Below are positions 12,652 to 23,821 of a DNA stretch of 64,000 bases, piece by piece (position 1 is the first letter of the stretch; every line of letters starts with the position of its first letter). The notes beneath the pieces are model-generated. The model saw only the letters and a list, made by a program, of their open reading frames with translations, did not search any database and was not told the origin of the DNA. This DNA comes from Anaeromyxobacter sp. (GTDB lineage: Bacteria; Myxococcota; Myxococcia; Myxococcales; Anaeromyxobacteraceae). The position numbers and the translations under genes were made by a program. The stretch lies in NCBI GenBank assembly GCA_049840735.1, contig JASGJN010000013.1, forward strand, positions 448,001 through 512,000, in the 5' to 3' direction.

Positions 12652-12951
12652 ATGAGAAGCCTGGTCCTCCTCCCCCTGGCCGCGGCGCTGGCCTGCGCCA
12701 TGCCGCAGACCACCGTCAAGACCACCGACACCCGCCCCAGCATCCTGGTGCAGGGCGCGCCGCGCAACGCCTTCCTGTTCGTGGACGGCCTCAACGCCGG
12801 CAACGCCTACGACGTGGAGGGGCCGCTGGCCATCCGCGTCGAGCCCGGGACGCACACCGTCGAGGTCCGCTCGCCGGACGGCACCGTGCTGCACCGCCAG
12901 CAGGTGTTCGTGGAGAGCGAGCAGAAGACCATCATCATGGGCGAGCCGTGA
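12652..12951 (+). CDS. Small lipoprotein with PEGA-like beta domain
   Basis: Lipobox ALAC; LFVDG..RVEPGTHTVEV. Confidence 0.7.
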   Translation: MRSLVLLPLAAALACAMPQTTVKTTDTRPSILVQGAPRNAFLFVDGLNAGNAYDVEGPLAIRVEPGTHTVEVRSPDGTVLHRQQVFVESEQKTIIMGEP

Positions 12952-13349
12952 GCCTCGTCCGGCGGCTGGTCCCCACGGCAGCCCTCCTCGGCCTGCTCTC
13001 GGGCTGCGCCATGAACCAGCCCCTCTACAACTGGAAGGGCTACGACGGCGTCCTCTACAACCACTACAAGCACCCCGAGAACCACGACGAGTTCGTGCGC
13101 AAGCTCGAGTACATCATCCAGCAGGCGGAGACCGAGGGGCGGAAGGTGCCGCCGGGCATCTACGCCGAGTACGGCTACGCGCTGATCGAGGGCGGCCAGC
13201 CCACCGAGGCGGTCAAGGCGTTCGGCAAGGAGCGCGACCTGTGGCCGGAGTCCCGGTACTTCATGGAGAAGATGATCGCCAACGCCGAGCGGATGCAGGT
13301 CCGGTCCAACCGGCAGACGGTGCTGCCCGCCGGGGAGGAGGCCAAGTGA
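12948..13349 (+). CDS. DUF4810-family lipoprotein
   Basis: LSGC, LYNWKGY, VPPGIYAEYG, ERDLWPES. Confidence 0.8.
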   Translation: MSLVRRLVPTAALLGLLSGCAMNQPLYNWKGYDGVLYNHYKHPENHDEFVRKLEYIIQQAETEGRKVPPGIYAEYGYALIEGGQPTEAVKAFGKERDLWPESRYFMEKMIANAERMQVRSNRQTVLPAGEEAK

Positions 13350-14146
13350 AGACCCTCCAGCGTGCGCTGGCAGCGTCCGCGCTGCTGCTCGTGGCGGTGG
13401 GCTGCGCGCCGGTCCAGAAGACCGGGGACTACACCACGTTCCTGTCAGCCCAGCCGCGGTCCATCCTCATCCCGCCGGTGCTCAACAAGACCAACGCGGT
13501 CGAGGCCCCGGACTACTTCCTCTCCACCATCCCGGTGCCGGTGGCCGAGCGCGGCTACTACGTGTTCCCGGTCAACATGGTGAAGCGCGTCCTGGAGGAC
13601 GACGGCCTGGCCGACGCCGGCCTGGTCCACCAGGCCCCGGTGGACCGGCTCGCCAGCCTGTTCGGCGCCGACGCGGTGCTCTACGTCACCATCGAGGAGT
13701 GGACTGCGCAGTACGTCCTCATCAACACCAACGTGGTGGTGAAGTTCTCCTACGTCCTCAAGGACGCCAAGACCGGCCAGGAGATCTGGGCCGCGCGCCA
13801 GACGCTGAACTACTCGTCCAGCCAGAACAGCGGCAACTCCGGCGGCGGCCTGCTGGGCTCGCTCATCGCCAGCGCGGTGAGCGCGGCCATCGCCAAGGCG
13901 GCGCCCAACTACATGCCGCTGGCCCACCAGGCCAACGCCCAAGCGCTGACGTACCCAGGCGCCGGCTTCCCGTCCGGTCCGTATCACCCGCAGTTCCACA
14001 AGGACGTGGACGCCGGCCAGCTGGCCGCGGCCACGCAAGGCGCCGCCACGCCCGCGCCGGCCCCTGCGCCGGCCGCGCCCCCGACCGACGCCCCCGCCGC
14101 CCAGCCCGCCGCTGCGCCGGCGCCGGCGGAGGGGGCGGCGCCGTAG
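13346..14146 (+). CDS. GNA1162/DUF799-family lipoprotein
   Basis: AVGC, PRSILIPPVLN, AERGYYVFP, FGADAVLY; Pro/Ala-rich tail. Confidence 0.82.
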   Translation: MKTLQRALAASALLLVAVGCAPVQKTGDYTTFLSAQPRSILIPPVLNKTNAVEAPDYFLSTIPVPVAERGYYVFPVNMVKRVLEDDGLADAGLVHQAPVDRLASLFGADAVLYVTIEEWTAQYVLINTNVVVKFSYVLKDAKTGQEIWAARQTLNYSSSQNSGNSGGGLLGSLIASAVSAAIAKAAPNYMPLAHQANAQALTYPGAGFPSGPYHPQFHKDVDAGQLAAATQGAATPAPAPAPAAPPTDAPAAQPAAAPAPAEGAAP

Positions 14147-14152
14147 GGCCCT

Positions 14153-14178
14153 CCGCTCGCCCTGAGCCTGTCGAAGGG
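14153..14178 (-). repeat. REP-like repeat, short form
   Basis: Reads CCCTTCGACAGGCTCAGGGCGAGCGG on the minus strand. Confidence 0.6.
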
Positions 14179-14304
14179 CGACGGTACCGAGGAAGTGCGC
14201 CGCCGGTCCGGGTTCGCCTGGGCCGGCGGTCCTGGCTTTTGGAGACGGGGGACTTGCGCTCCCGGTCGTCCCCTTGGCGCGAGCACGCCAGCTCCTTCCC
14301 ACCA

Positions 14305-14784
14305 CTACCCGCCAGCCGGCATGACCTTCACCACCTCGAGGGCCACGCCGCGCGCGAGGTCCCGCGCCGCGAGCGTGATGGCACCTCGCTTGATGGCGAA
14401 GGTGATTTGGATCCGCGGGACGCCGCGTGGGGCGGGCGGAAAGGCGACCTTGAACTGGCCCAGGGGATGGTTGCGGGCCGCGAGGTGATCGTTCCCGCGG
14501 TACAGGGTGACGAGGAGCTCCGACTGCCCATCGGCGGCGGTGGTGAACCCCTCCGAGATGGAGCAGGGCGTCCGGGTTCCCCGCTCGATGAGCGGCGTGA
14601 ACACGCCACCCAGGGTCTCGACCCCCACGGCCTCCGTCGTGAGGCCGTCCGGGCTCACGATGGGCGTCCTGGCCTCGACGACCAGCGGGCCTTGGGCGCA
14701 GGCACCGCAGAGCAACAGCGACAGGAACGCGATGGAGTTGAAGGCGCGCAGGTGAACGCTCCGGACTGGAGGCCGGGCTATCAT
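14305..14784 (-). CDS. Putative lipoprotein comprising only a DnaK/Hsp70 substrate-binding beta domain (start uncertain)
   Basis: LLLCGAC then GVETLGGVFTPLIERGT..FTTAADGQ..LGQF..PPAPRGVPRIQITF; no ATPase domain. Confidence 0.7.
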   Translation of the reverse strand: MIARPPVRSVHLRAFNSIAFLSLLLCGACAQGPLVVEARTPIVSPDGLTTEAVGVETLGGVFTPLIERGTRTPCSISEGFTTAADGQSELLVTLYRGNDHLAARNHPLGQFKVAFPPAPRGVPRIQITFAIKRGAITLAARDLARGVALEVVKVMPAGG

Positions 14785-14905
14785 ACCCCTCGGCGTCCAG
14801 CGCCCCAGCGCTTCCGCCGCCCTTTGCTCGCCGCCAATCAACTGGGCTTGGATGTCCTGGTTGAGCTCGATCGCATCTGACCCACTCAATGAACGCCCAC
14901 GGGGG

Positions 14906-14976
14906 CCCTGGCCTTCGACTCCGCCCCCTGAGCGTGCCGCCCCGCTTCCCGGGCGCGGAGTCGAAGGATGAACGGG
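14906..14976. repeat. REP-like repeat, inverted doublet
   Basis: CCTTCGACTCCGC (14912-14924) and GCGGAGTCGAAGG (14955-14967) form a 13-bp inverted repeat. Confidence 0.6.
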
Positions 14977-15183
14977 ATCCGCAGGAATCGCCGCCGGTCC
15001 CGGCACGCCCGGGCCGGCGCTGGTGCTTCTGGGGCTGAACGGAGACTGCTGAACCGGGGCGCATGTTGATTTGCGACAAGGGCTGCGGAGCCGCGACGGC
15101 CTTTGACCAAGGGATAACTCTCGGTCCCCCAGGGCCAGTCCTCGTTGCGCGGCCCATGTCCGACCGGTTGCTACCATGAGTTC

Positions 15184-17822
15184 GTGCACGGACAGGCAAC
15201 AGGCTTCTGGGGCAAGCTCGAGCAAGCGAGTGACGGCCAGGTGGTCGCGTGGCATCCCCTGATCGATCACTGCGCCGACGTGGCGGCCTGCGCGGAAGCG
15301 CTGCTCGTGCACACGCTGCTCCGGTCGCGCCTGGCAAGGCTCGGCGGCCTCCGCGACTTCACGCCCGGGCAGGTCGCTCGACTCTGCGTGCTAGCGGCCC
15401 TGCATGACGCCGGGAAGGTGAACCATGGCTTCCAGGCCAAGGCGGGCGGCACTGCTGGCCCAGGCGGCCACGTCGGCCCGCTGTTTGCCCTGCTCGCTTC
15501 AGGACACCGAGAGGCGGATGCCTTCGTTGCGGCACTGGGGGCTGACGAGCTCCTCTCGTGGGGCCCTGAGGGGCTCGTGTTCGCTGCGCTGGCGCACCAC
15601 GGCCGCCCCTTTGCGGCGGGAGCCCACGCCGCGCAGGCCGACCCCGCGCTGTGGCGACCTCGCGGCGGCGTCGACGTCATGTCGGAGGTGGCCAGGCTCG
15701 CACGCTCTGCGAGAGCGTGGTTCCCGGAAGCGTCATCCCCTGCCCTATCCTTGCCGGATGCCCCCGCGCTCCAGCACGCGTTCAGTGGGCTCGTCACGCT
15801 CGCAGACTGGATTGGTTCGGACAAGCGTCTCTTCCCGTTCTCGGAGGTGGGAGACGGTCCGCGCATCGACTTCGCGAGAGGGCGTGCGGCCCAGGCTATG
15901 AGCGTGCTGGGGCTCGATGCAAGCACCAGCCGAGGAGCCCTCGCGCTCGAGCCGGGGTGGTTCGCCCGTGCCTTTGGGTTCGACCCGCGCCCTGCCCAGG
16001 AGGCGGTCGCGCGGCTGGAGACGCCGCCGGCCGGCAGCCTGACGGTGCTCGAGGCCGAGACCGGATTCCGGCAAGACCGAGGCGGCTCTGGCCCGCTTCG
16101 TCTCCCTCTTTCACGCTGGCGAGGTGGACGGCCTCTACTTCGCGCTCCCCACTCGGACGGCCGCGACCCAGCTCCATGCCCGCATCGTGAAGCACCTGGG
16201 CCGCCTCTTCCCGGATGCCGGCTCCCGCCCGGCGGTGGTCCTCGCGGTGCCCGGTTACGTGCGGGTCGATGGCGTCGACGCCGATTCCAAGGAGCCCAGA
16301 CTTTCCCGGTTCGAGGTGCTTTGGCCCGACGATGCTGGCGAGCGCATGCGCTGGCGTGGTTGGGCGGCCGAGAGCGCGAAGCGGTACCTGGCCGGGCAGA
16401 TCGTGGTCGGCACGATCGACCAGGTCCTGCTCTCGGCGCTTCGGGTGAACCACGCACATCTGCGTGCGACTGCACTGCTCCGGCATCTCCTGGTCGTGGA
16501 CGAGGTCCACGCCTCCGACGCCTACATGAACCGCGTGCTCGAGAAGGTGCTCGAGCGTCACATCGATGCCGGCGGGCATGCCCTGCTCATGTCCGCGACC
16601 CTAGGGGCCACAGCCCGCGAGCGGTTCCTGAGCCGCGGTGAACCACCGAAGCTGGCTGACGCGTGCGCGATCCCCTACCCCGCCATCTCCACGATGAGCG
16701 GGCACCAGGGCTCGCTCGTAGGGGTTCCGCACGGTGGGTCCGGCAAGCGGGTGAAAGCCCTGCTCGCGCCCGAGCTCGAAGATCCGATCACGATTGCGTC
16801 CCGGGCGCTCGACGCCGCACGGCACGGTGCGCGCGTCCTCGTCATCCGGAACACGGTCCGTGGCGCCGTCGAGACCCAGCGCGCCCTCGAAGGACTCGCC
16901 ACGCCTGGCGATGCGGCGCTGCTCTTCACGGCGGGATCGGTAGCAACGCTCCACCACGCCCGGTTTGCCCGTGAGGACCGGATTCCGCCTCGACCAGGCC
17001 ATTGAGGAGCGGTTCGGACCGGGGGCCGACCGCCCTTGCGTCGCCGTGGCGACACAGACGGTCCAGCAGAGCCTCGACCTGGACGCGGACATGCTGCTGA
17101 CCGACCTTTGCCCAATGGACGTCCTCCTGCAGCGAATCGGTCGCCTTCACCGCCACAGCCGCCGGCGTCCTGCCGGGTTCGAGCACGCCTCGGCGATCGT
17201 GCTGGTACCGGATCGCGCCGATCTCGATGGCTACCTGGGCGCGAAAGGCCAAGCGCATGGTCTGCACGGCATCGGGGGCCTCGTCTATCCGGACCTGCGG
17301 GTGCTCCAAGCCACCTGGACGGCCTTGGCTGTAGCAAAGGTGCTCGCCATTCCTGAGGACAACCGACAGCTGGTCGAGGCCACCACCCACCCCGCAGCGC
17401 TGGCGGGCGTCGTCGCGCGGGGTGGCAAGTGGGAGCAGCACCAGGCGTGGCTGGAGGGGCGCTTCCTGAGCGAGGTCGGACTGGCGACCCTCAACGGGGC
17501 AAGCTGGAGTGAGCCGTTTGGCACCGTGGGATGGGATCGGGACGATGGTCGGATCGCTTCGCGGCTGGGTGCGTCTGACCGCATCGCCCTCTTCACGCCT
17601 CCGTTCACCTCGCCCTTGGGCTCCACAACGCACGCCCTGGCGATCCCGGCCTGGATGGTGAGCGGAGTCGAAGATGACGAGGCTCCGCGGGACGTGGCTC
17701 ACGAAGGCCTGGTCACAACGTTCAGCCTGGGCGTTCGACACTATCGGTACGACCGGTTCGGGTTGGCGCTTTCGAAGGACGCTCCGGACGAAGCGAAAGG
17801 TGATTCCGATGACGGTTCGTAA
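15184..17822 (+). CDS. cas3: Cas3 HD nuclease-helicase (apparent +1 frameshifts at 16064-16068 and 16981-16985; start approximate)
   Basis: FWGKL..HPLIDHCADVA, LHDAGK, LADWIGS, ETGSGKT (repaired), GTIDQ, DEVH, SAT, QRIGRLHRH. Confidence 0.92.
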
Positions 17823-19408
17823 ATCGAAGTCGGCGCGCCGAGCGCCTGCTGCCGCCGCGCGAAAGGCCGAGGCGGAGCCGTCTCGAGACCTGCTCGCCGA
17901 TGGTCTGCTCGGCATCGAGACCATCGCACACCAGCGTCGCTTCGTGACCCTGCCCGAGGCCCTGGCCCTGCTTGCGCAGGACGAGGTCACGTCATTCACC
18001 GCGCTCCAGGCGCACCAGCACCACGGATGGCACGCCTTCCTGGTGCAACTCGCCGCGCTCGCCCTCCATCGGTCCGGACGTGACAGCCCGCGGCTGAAGG
18101 CTGGTGCCTGGCGCGAGATCCTCGAGTCGCTGACGGAGCACCGCGAGGCCTGGTTCCTGGTGGTCCCCCACCTCAAGCGCCCGGCCTTCATGCAACCGCC
18201 AGTGCCGGAGGGCACGCTCGACGACTTCAACGACCCTCAGGCCTGCTCCGACGAGATCGACGTTCTGGTGACGTCCAAGAACCACGATGTCAAGGCCGCC
18301 AAAGTGGTCGCTCCGCGACCCGAACACTGGGTCTATGCCCTGGTGACCCTGCAGACGATGGAGGGGTTCTCCGGGCGCGACAACTACGGCATCGCTCGGA
18401 TGAACAGCGGAACCGGCAGCCGCTCCATCATCGGCCTCTCCTCCTCGGCTTCGCTCGGGAAGCGGTTCCTGCGGGACGTCTCCGTCCTCCTTGAAGCACG
18501 CGATGGCATCGCCGCGGAGCGCGGATACGCCAGCAGTGGAGGCATCCCGCTCCTGTGGTGTGAACCTTGGGACGGGGAAAAGAGCCTCGGCCTCAAGCGC
18601 CTCGACCCGCTCTTCATCGAGGTCTGCCGGCGGGTGCGGCTCGTTGGCGAGGGTGGCGCCATCCTGCTGCGCCGGAAGACCACCAAGTGCCAGCGCATCC
18701 TGGCCGGCGAGCTGAAGGGCAACACCGGTGACCCATGGATGCCGGTGAATCACAAGGAGGCGAAGGCCTTCACTGCGACGGAGGCCGGCTTCTCCTATCG
18801 CGTTCTGCAGCGGCTCCTGAGCTCTGAGGAGTTCGCGCTTGCACCAGCCATGCGTCCTCGCCATGGAGAGAAGGACGTACTCCTCCTGGCAACGGTCCTG
18901 GCGCGTGGGAACGGCAAGACAGGCGGCTTCCACCATCGCGCCCTGCCCGTTCCTGGCCAGGTCACCGGACTGCTCCGGCGAGCCGGGGACCATACCCAGC
19001 TTGGGCGGATTGCCGCGGAACGCGTGGAGCTCGTTTCGATTGTCCAGAACCGCGTGCTCAGGCCCGCCTTGAAGGTCCTGCTGCAAGGCGGGCCGGAGAA
19101 GCTCAAGCAAGACGACGACCGCCCAGACGCCTGGGTCCACGCCCATGACGCCATGGTGGACGGAGTCTTCTTCGAACGCCTCTGGGCCGATCTGGAACGA
19201 GACCCGAGGCGCCTCCGCTCGCGACTGGGCGAAGCTCGTGCTCGCACTCGCCCGCGCCCAGCTGGATTCGGCGTTCGACGGGGCCCCCATCCCGTCCGCG
19301 CGCAGATACCGCGCCATCGCCGCCGCCGACCGCGTGTTTGGCGGGGCCGCCCGGAACCACGTTCCCGATGCCTTCCGCGACGAACAGGAGTTCGCACATG
19401 CTCGATGA
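17809..19408 (+). CDS. cse1: Cascade large subunit Cse1/CasA (Cas8e) (apparent frameshift near 19205-19210)
   Basis: HQHHGWHAFLVQL, PAFMQPP, KNHDVK, YGIARMN, DPLFIEVCRRVRL, DPWMP; operon position. Confidence 0.85.
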
Positions 19409-19922
19409 AGCCTCCCCCCAGCCGGCCCCGACGTTCCGAACGCTGGTTCATCGCCTTGCAGCGGCCCTCGCACGGCAGGTCTCTCCGGGGGATCTGGCAG
19501 CGCTGCGCCGGCTGAGCCCTGATGACCTCACCGCGCCGGCCTTCTGGAAGCTCGCCGCGAGCATGCTCTCGGACGAGCTGAGCAGCGGCGAACAACGCTT
19601 CGAGCTGGAAGGCCGCTGGGCGGTGATCCTGTCTGCGCTGGCCATCACCGCGGGCATGCACGATGCGCGTCGCCCGTTCGGCGCCGCGCTGGCCGAGGCG
19701 GGGTATTCCGAGCTGCGGTTCACGCGGCTGCTCAGGGCCCACGGCGACGCCTTGCCCTCCGAGGTCAGATCGGCGGCCCGCTTCCTCTCCTCGAAGGCAA
19801 TCCCGTTCGACCCCGCAGACCTCGCGCAGCTCGTCCTGAGCGATGGGGCTCCACACGAGGAGTCCATCCGCCGCGCCACCGCCCGCCACTACTTCCGCCA
19901 GGCATCCCTCGCTGACCGCTGA
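19398..19922 (+). CDS. cse2: Cascade small subunit Cse2/CasB (Cas11)
   Basis: GDLAALRR, SELRFTRLL, ARHYF; operon position. Confidence 0.85.
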   Translation: MLDEASPQPAPTFRTLVHRLAAALARQVSPGDLAALRRLSPDDLTAPAFWKLAASMLSDELSSGEQRFELEGRWAVILSALAITAGMHDARRPFGAALAEAGYSELRFTRLLRAHGDALPSEVRSAARFLSSKAIPFDPADLAQLVLSDGAPHEESIRRATARHYFRQASLADR

Positions 19923-19934
19923 CAGGAGCTACCC

Positions 19935-21167
19935 ATGAATCGCTTCCTTCAGATCCATACCCTGACTTCCTATCCCGCCTCCCTCATCAACAGGGACGAC
20001 GCTGGCTTCGCGAAGCGCGTGCCCTTCGGCGGCGCGGTCCGCACCCGCATCTCCTCCCAGTGCCTCAAGAAGCACTGGCGCTCCTTCGACGGGGAGGACG
20101 GCCTGCGCAACCTCGGTCAGCCCATGTCCGTTCGCTCGCGGTTCACCTTCGACGAGCTCATCGTCAAGCCGCTCCGCCAGGAGGGGCTCGACGGCGCGAG
20201 CGTGGAGGCCGTCACTCGGGCCGTGATGGACACCGTGCTGGGCAAGAGCACGAAGACAGCCAAGAAGGCAGCCCAGGAGGGCGAGGACGCCGAGAAGGGC
20301 AAGAAGGCCTCGGCGCCCCCCGAGACGGCGCTTCAGACCGGCCAGATCACCGTGCTCGGCCGTCCCGAGGTGGACTTCCTGCGGGAGCTCGTCCGGACCA
20401 TCTGCAAGTCGGGGGCGAAGGCCGACAAGGCCGCCGAAGCGGTGAAGTCCCACCTCGGCCGCGATGGAGCCAAGAATCTGGCGGCCATGCGGTGTGGGGC
20501 TGGCCTGGACGCGGCGCTCTTCGGCCGGATGGTGACCAGCGACATCCTCGCGCAAGGCGATGCCGCTGTGCACGTCGCGCACGCCTTCACCGTCCACGGA
20601 GAGGCAACCGAGAGCGACTACTTCTCTGCGGTCGATGAGCTGCTCGAGATCCGGGATGATGAGCTGGGCAGTGGGCACATCGGGACGAGCGAGCTGACGA
20701 CCGGCCTGTTCTACGGCTACGTGGCCATCGACGTGCCGCTCCTGGTCTCGAACCTCGAGGGCCGCCCACGCGCGGAATGGCAGGCCGCGGACCGCTCGCT
20801 CGCGGCAGACGTGGTCGACCGGCTGGTCAAGATGATCGCCACGGTTTCGCCTGCGGCGAAGGTGGGCTCCACGGCCCCCTACGCGTACGCCCAGCTCGTA
20901 CTGGTCGAGAGCGGGAGCGCCCAGCCGCGGCAGCTGTGCGACGCCTTCCTGGAGCCGGTGGCCGCCCGCCCCAACCTCGCCGCAAACGCCTACGCTGCCC
21001 TCGGGAGACATGCCGCCGACATGGACCGGATGTACGGCCGTCGCTTCGACCGTGCGCTCGCGGGGCTGGGCAAGACCGAGGGGCTCTGCGACGCCCTCAA
21101 GGTCGCCGCACCGCAATCATTGGCCGAGGTCGCTGCCTGGGCCGCGGCCCAGGTCCGGGGTGCGTGA
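19935..21167 (+). CDS. cas7: Cas7/Cse4 backbone subunit
   Basis: QIHTL..NRDDAG, RISSQCLK, ALFGRM, DYFSAVD. Confidence 0.95.
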   Translation: MNRFLQIHTLTSYPASLINRDDAGFAKRVPFGGAVRTRISSQCLKKHWRSFDGEDGLRNLGQPMSVRSRFTFDELIVKPLRQEGLDGASVEAVTRAVMDTVLGKSTKTAKKAAQEGEDAEKGKKASAPPETALQTGQITVLGRPEVDFLRELVRTICKSGAKADKAAEAVKSHLGRDGAKNLAAMRCGAGLDAALFGRMVTSDILAQGDAAVHVAHAFTVHGEATESDYFSAVDELLEIRDDELGSGHIGTSELTTGLFYGYVAIDVPLLVSNLEGRPRAEWQAADRSLAADVVDRLVKMIATVSPAAKVGSTAPYAYAQLVLVESGSAQPRQLCDAFLEPVAARPNLAANAYAALGRHAADMDRMYGRRFDRALAGLGKTEGLCDALKVAAPQSLAEVAAWAAAQVRGA

Positions 21168-21907
21168 TGGCCGAGTTCCTGCTGCTCCGGCTCGCCGCCC
21201 CGCTGATGAGCTTCGGGGGGGTGCGCGTGGACAACCGGGGCGTGACACAGGAGTTCCCAGGGCTCTCCATGATCACGGGGCTCATCGGGAACGCGCTGGG
21301 ACTCGATCACCGCGACGCTGGCGCGCTCACGCGCCTGCAGGAGCGGATCCGGTATGGAGTCCGCTGCGACCGACCCGGCTCGATCCTGCGGGATTTCCAG
21401 ACCGTCGACATCACCCAGCCCTTCATGACGGAAGGCTGGACCACGCGCGGCGCCCCCGAGGGTAGGGCCGGCGGCCAGGAAACGCGCAACAACTTGCACA
21501 TCCGCGAGCGCGAGTTCCTGGCGGACGCGGCCTACACGATCGCGCTGGCGCTGGAGCCCGGGGGCGAAGCCCCCACCCTGGATCACGTCGCGCGAGCCCT
21601 GGACGAGCCCGAGCGCCCACTCTTCGTCGGTCGCAAGCCGTGCCTCCCGTCGTCGCCGCTGCTGCTCGCCCGAAGCCAGGCCGGCTCACTCGTTGAGGCG
21701 CTGGCGCATGCCCCCGCGCTTGGGCGTCCGATCCCGGCCGGGCGGACGCTCCGCGCATGGCTTCCTGCCGAGGTCTCCGCGGATTGCGCCGGGACTGAAC
21801 TGACCGTCACGGACGAGCGGGACTGGGTGAACCAAATCGTCGTCGGGCGACGCGTGCTGAAGATGACGACCGTCACCATCCAGGAGGACGCCAGCGATGT
21901 CCGGTGA
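21167..21907 (+). CDS. cas5: Cas5e
   Basis: LLLRLAAPLMSFG, GLIGNALG, DFQTV, REFLADA, GRKPCLPS. Confidence 0.93.
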   Translation: MAEFLLLRLAAPLMSFGGVRVDNRGVTQEFPGLSMITGLIGNALGLDHRDAGALTRLQERIRYGVRCDRPGSILRDFQTVDITQPFMTEGWTTRGAPEGRAGGQETRNNLHIREREFLADAAYTIALALEPGGEAPTLDHVARALDEPERPLFVGRKPCLPSSPLLLARSQAGSLVEALAHAPALGRPIPAGRTLRAWLPAEVSADCAGTELTVTDERDWVNQIVVGRRVLKMTTVTIQEDASDVR

Positions 21908-22632
21908 TCTACGGATGCTCAGGATGCGCTTCGAGGTGGGCAAGCTCTTCGAGCTCGGCAAGCGCCGCAGGCTTCCCATGCGCGACATGGACCTCGGATA
22001 CCTGCTCCACTGCGAGCTGGGTGAGCTGTTCGGAGCGCGTGCGCCCCGCCCCTTCTCGATCCGCGGTTCGACTGCCCGTCACGTGGACGTGCTCGCGTAT
22101 ACGGAATGCCCCAAGGCCGCGCTGGAGGAGCACGCCCGGGCTTTCGCCGATCCCGCGGTCTTCGCTGCGTGCGACTTCGAAGGGCTCCAGGAGAAGCCCC
22201 ATGCCGTCGCAGTGGGAATCAGGCCGGCGGTTCGGGTTCGAGGTCCGCGCCTGCCCGATCGTCCGGATGAGCAGTGAGGGCCCGAAGTGGCGGAAGGGGG
22301 CGGAGGTCGATGCCTTCCTCGCCCGGTGCTGGAAGGCGGAGGGGCAGCCAGTCGAGCGGGAGGCGGTGTACCGGGAGTGGCTGGCTCGCGAGCTCGACCG
22401 CAGGACGGGCGCGCGGCTCGTGTCCGTCGAGGTGGAGGCCTTCAAGCGCGAGCGCGTGGTCCGGCGCGACCATGCCCCAGAACGACGGGCTAGCACCTCG
22501 GAGCGGCCTGACGTCCTCTTCCGCGGGGTGCTCGAGGTGGCCGACGGGATCAACTTCAGCGCGCTCCTGGCCCGTGGAGTGGGGCGCCACCGCGGTTTCG
22601 GGTTCGGAATGGTCCTGTTGCGACCGGAGTGA
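21897..22632 (+). CDS. cas6e: Cas6e/Cse3 endoribonuclease (apparent +1 frameshift in C-run near 22197-22200)
   Basis: DLGYLLH; C-terminal GVGRHRGFGFGMVLL loop. Confidence 0.9.
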
Positions 22633-22638
22633 GCAACC

Positions 22639-23523
22639 GTGCTCAAGGGGCGGCTCGGACTCGAAACGGCGCGTATCCCGCACGCTGATCGTCGGGGCCT
22701 TGTCTGGCTCGGGCGCGGCAACCTGACGGTGGAGGATGGGACGCTGCGCTTCAAGACGGCGGGCGGAGGCCGATGGGAGGCCGGGGACTATTCCATTCCG
22801 TTCCAGATGGTGACCGCCATCCTGCTGGAGCCGGGAACGACGGTGAGCCATGACGCGCTACGGCTCCTCGCCCGGCACGGGACCGGGCTCGTTGCCGTCG
22901 GCGAGAACGGCACCCGCTTCTACGCGAGCATGCCGTTCGGACCAGACGCCTCCGCCCTGGCGCGAAGACAGGTACGGCTCTGGGCCGATGCCGAAGGGGA
23001 GCGCCTGAAGGTTGCCCGCCGGATGTACGCCTGGCGCTTCGGCTCGGTCCTGCCGGACGAGCGCATCGACATCTTGCGAGGGATCGAAGGCGCTCGCATG
23101 CGCGAGACCTACAGGCATCTGGCCGAGCAATTCGGGGTGGTGTGGAAGGGCCGGCGTTATGACCGCACGGATCCGACCAGCAACGATCCCGTCAACCAGG
23201 CCATCAACCACGCCGCGAGCGCGATCGAGAGCGCGGCCCTGATCGCCGTCGCGGCCACCGGTGCGATTCCCCAACTCGGCTTCATCCACGAGGACTCCGG
23301 CAACGCCTTTCCACTCGACATCGCCGATCTGTATCGAGCGTCCATCACCCTGCCAGCAGCCTTTGCCGCAGTCCGGGAATGCCAGCGAGATCCGAGGCGC
23401 CCCCTGGAGCAGGTCTCCCGAAGAATGGCCGGAGAAGCGATCCGGGAACGCGACCTGGTCCCGGCGATGATCGATCGGATCAAGGAGCTGTTCGATGGCG
23501 ATGACGCTGGTGGTCACCCGTGA
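22639..23523 (+). CDS. cas1: Type I-E Cas1
   Basis: LLEPGTTVSHDA, LRGIEGARMR, LGFIH, DIADLY. Confidence 0.95.
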   Translation: MLKGRLGLETARIPHADRRGLVWLGRGNLTVEDGTLRFKTAGGGRWEAGDYSIPFQMVTAILLEPGTTVSHDALRLLARHGTGLVAVGENGTRFYASMPFGPDASALARRQVRLWADAEGERLKVARRMYAWRFGSVLPDERIDILRGIEGARMRETYRHLAEQFGVVWKGRRYDRTDPTSNDPVNQAINHAASAIESAALIAVAATGAIPQLGFIHEDSGNAFPLDIADLYRASITLPAAFAAVRECQRDPRRPLEQVSRRMAGEAIRERDLVPAMIDRIKELFDGDDAGGHP

Positions 23524-23821
23524 CGTGGCGGCTCGATACCGTGGGTTCCTCGCCTCTTGCATGCTCGAGGTGGCAGCGGGCGTGTACACCGCACCCGACA
23601 TGACACGCGCAGTGCGCGAACGGGTCTGGAAGGTCCTCGAAGATTGGCACGCCGCCGAGGCGACCGGCGTGGTCATCATGACCTGGCCAGACGCGAGCGC
23701 GCCTGGTGGCCAGTCCATGATGTTCCTCGGTGAGCCGCCCAAGGACTTCTGGGTGATGGACGGCTTGGTAGTCGTTCGGCGCGAGTTGCCGGCGGAGCCG
23801 AGCACGAACTCTGAAAAGTGA
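23495..23821 (+). CDS. cas2: Type I-E Cas2 (no DnaQ fusion)
   Basis: RGFLASCMLEVAAGVY..VRERVW. Confidence 0.92.
   Translation: MAMTLVVTRDVAARYRGFLASCMLEVAAGVYTAPDMTRAVRERVWKVLEDWHAAEATGVVIMTWPDASAPGGQSMMFLGEPPKDFWVMDGLVVVRRELPAEPSTNSEK

Noticed and set aside
15184..22632. Inactivated cas3/cse1/cas6 or programmed frameshifting
   Set aside because: Breaks match the window-wide GATC or homopolymer error pattern and motifs are intact; needs read confirmation
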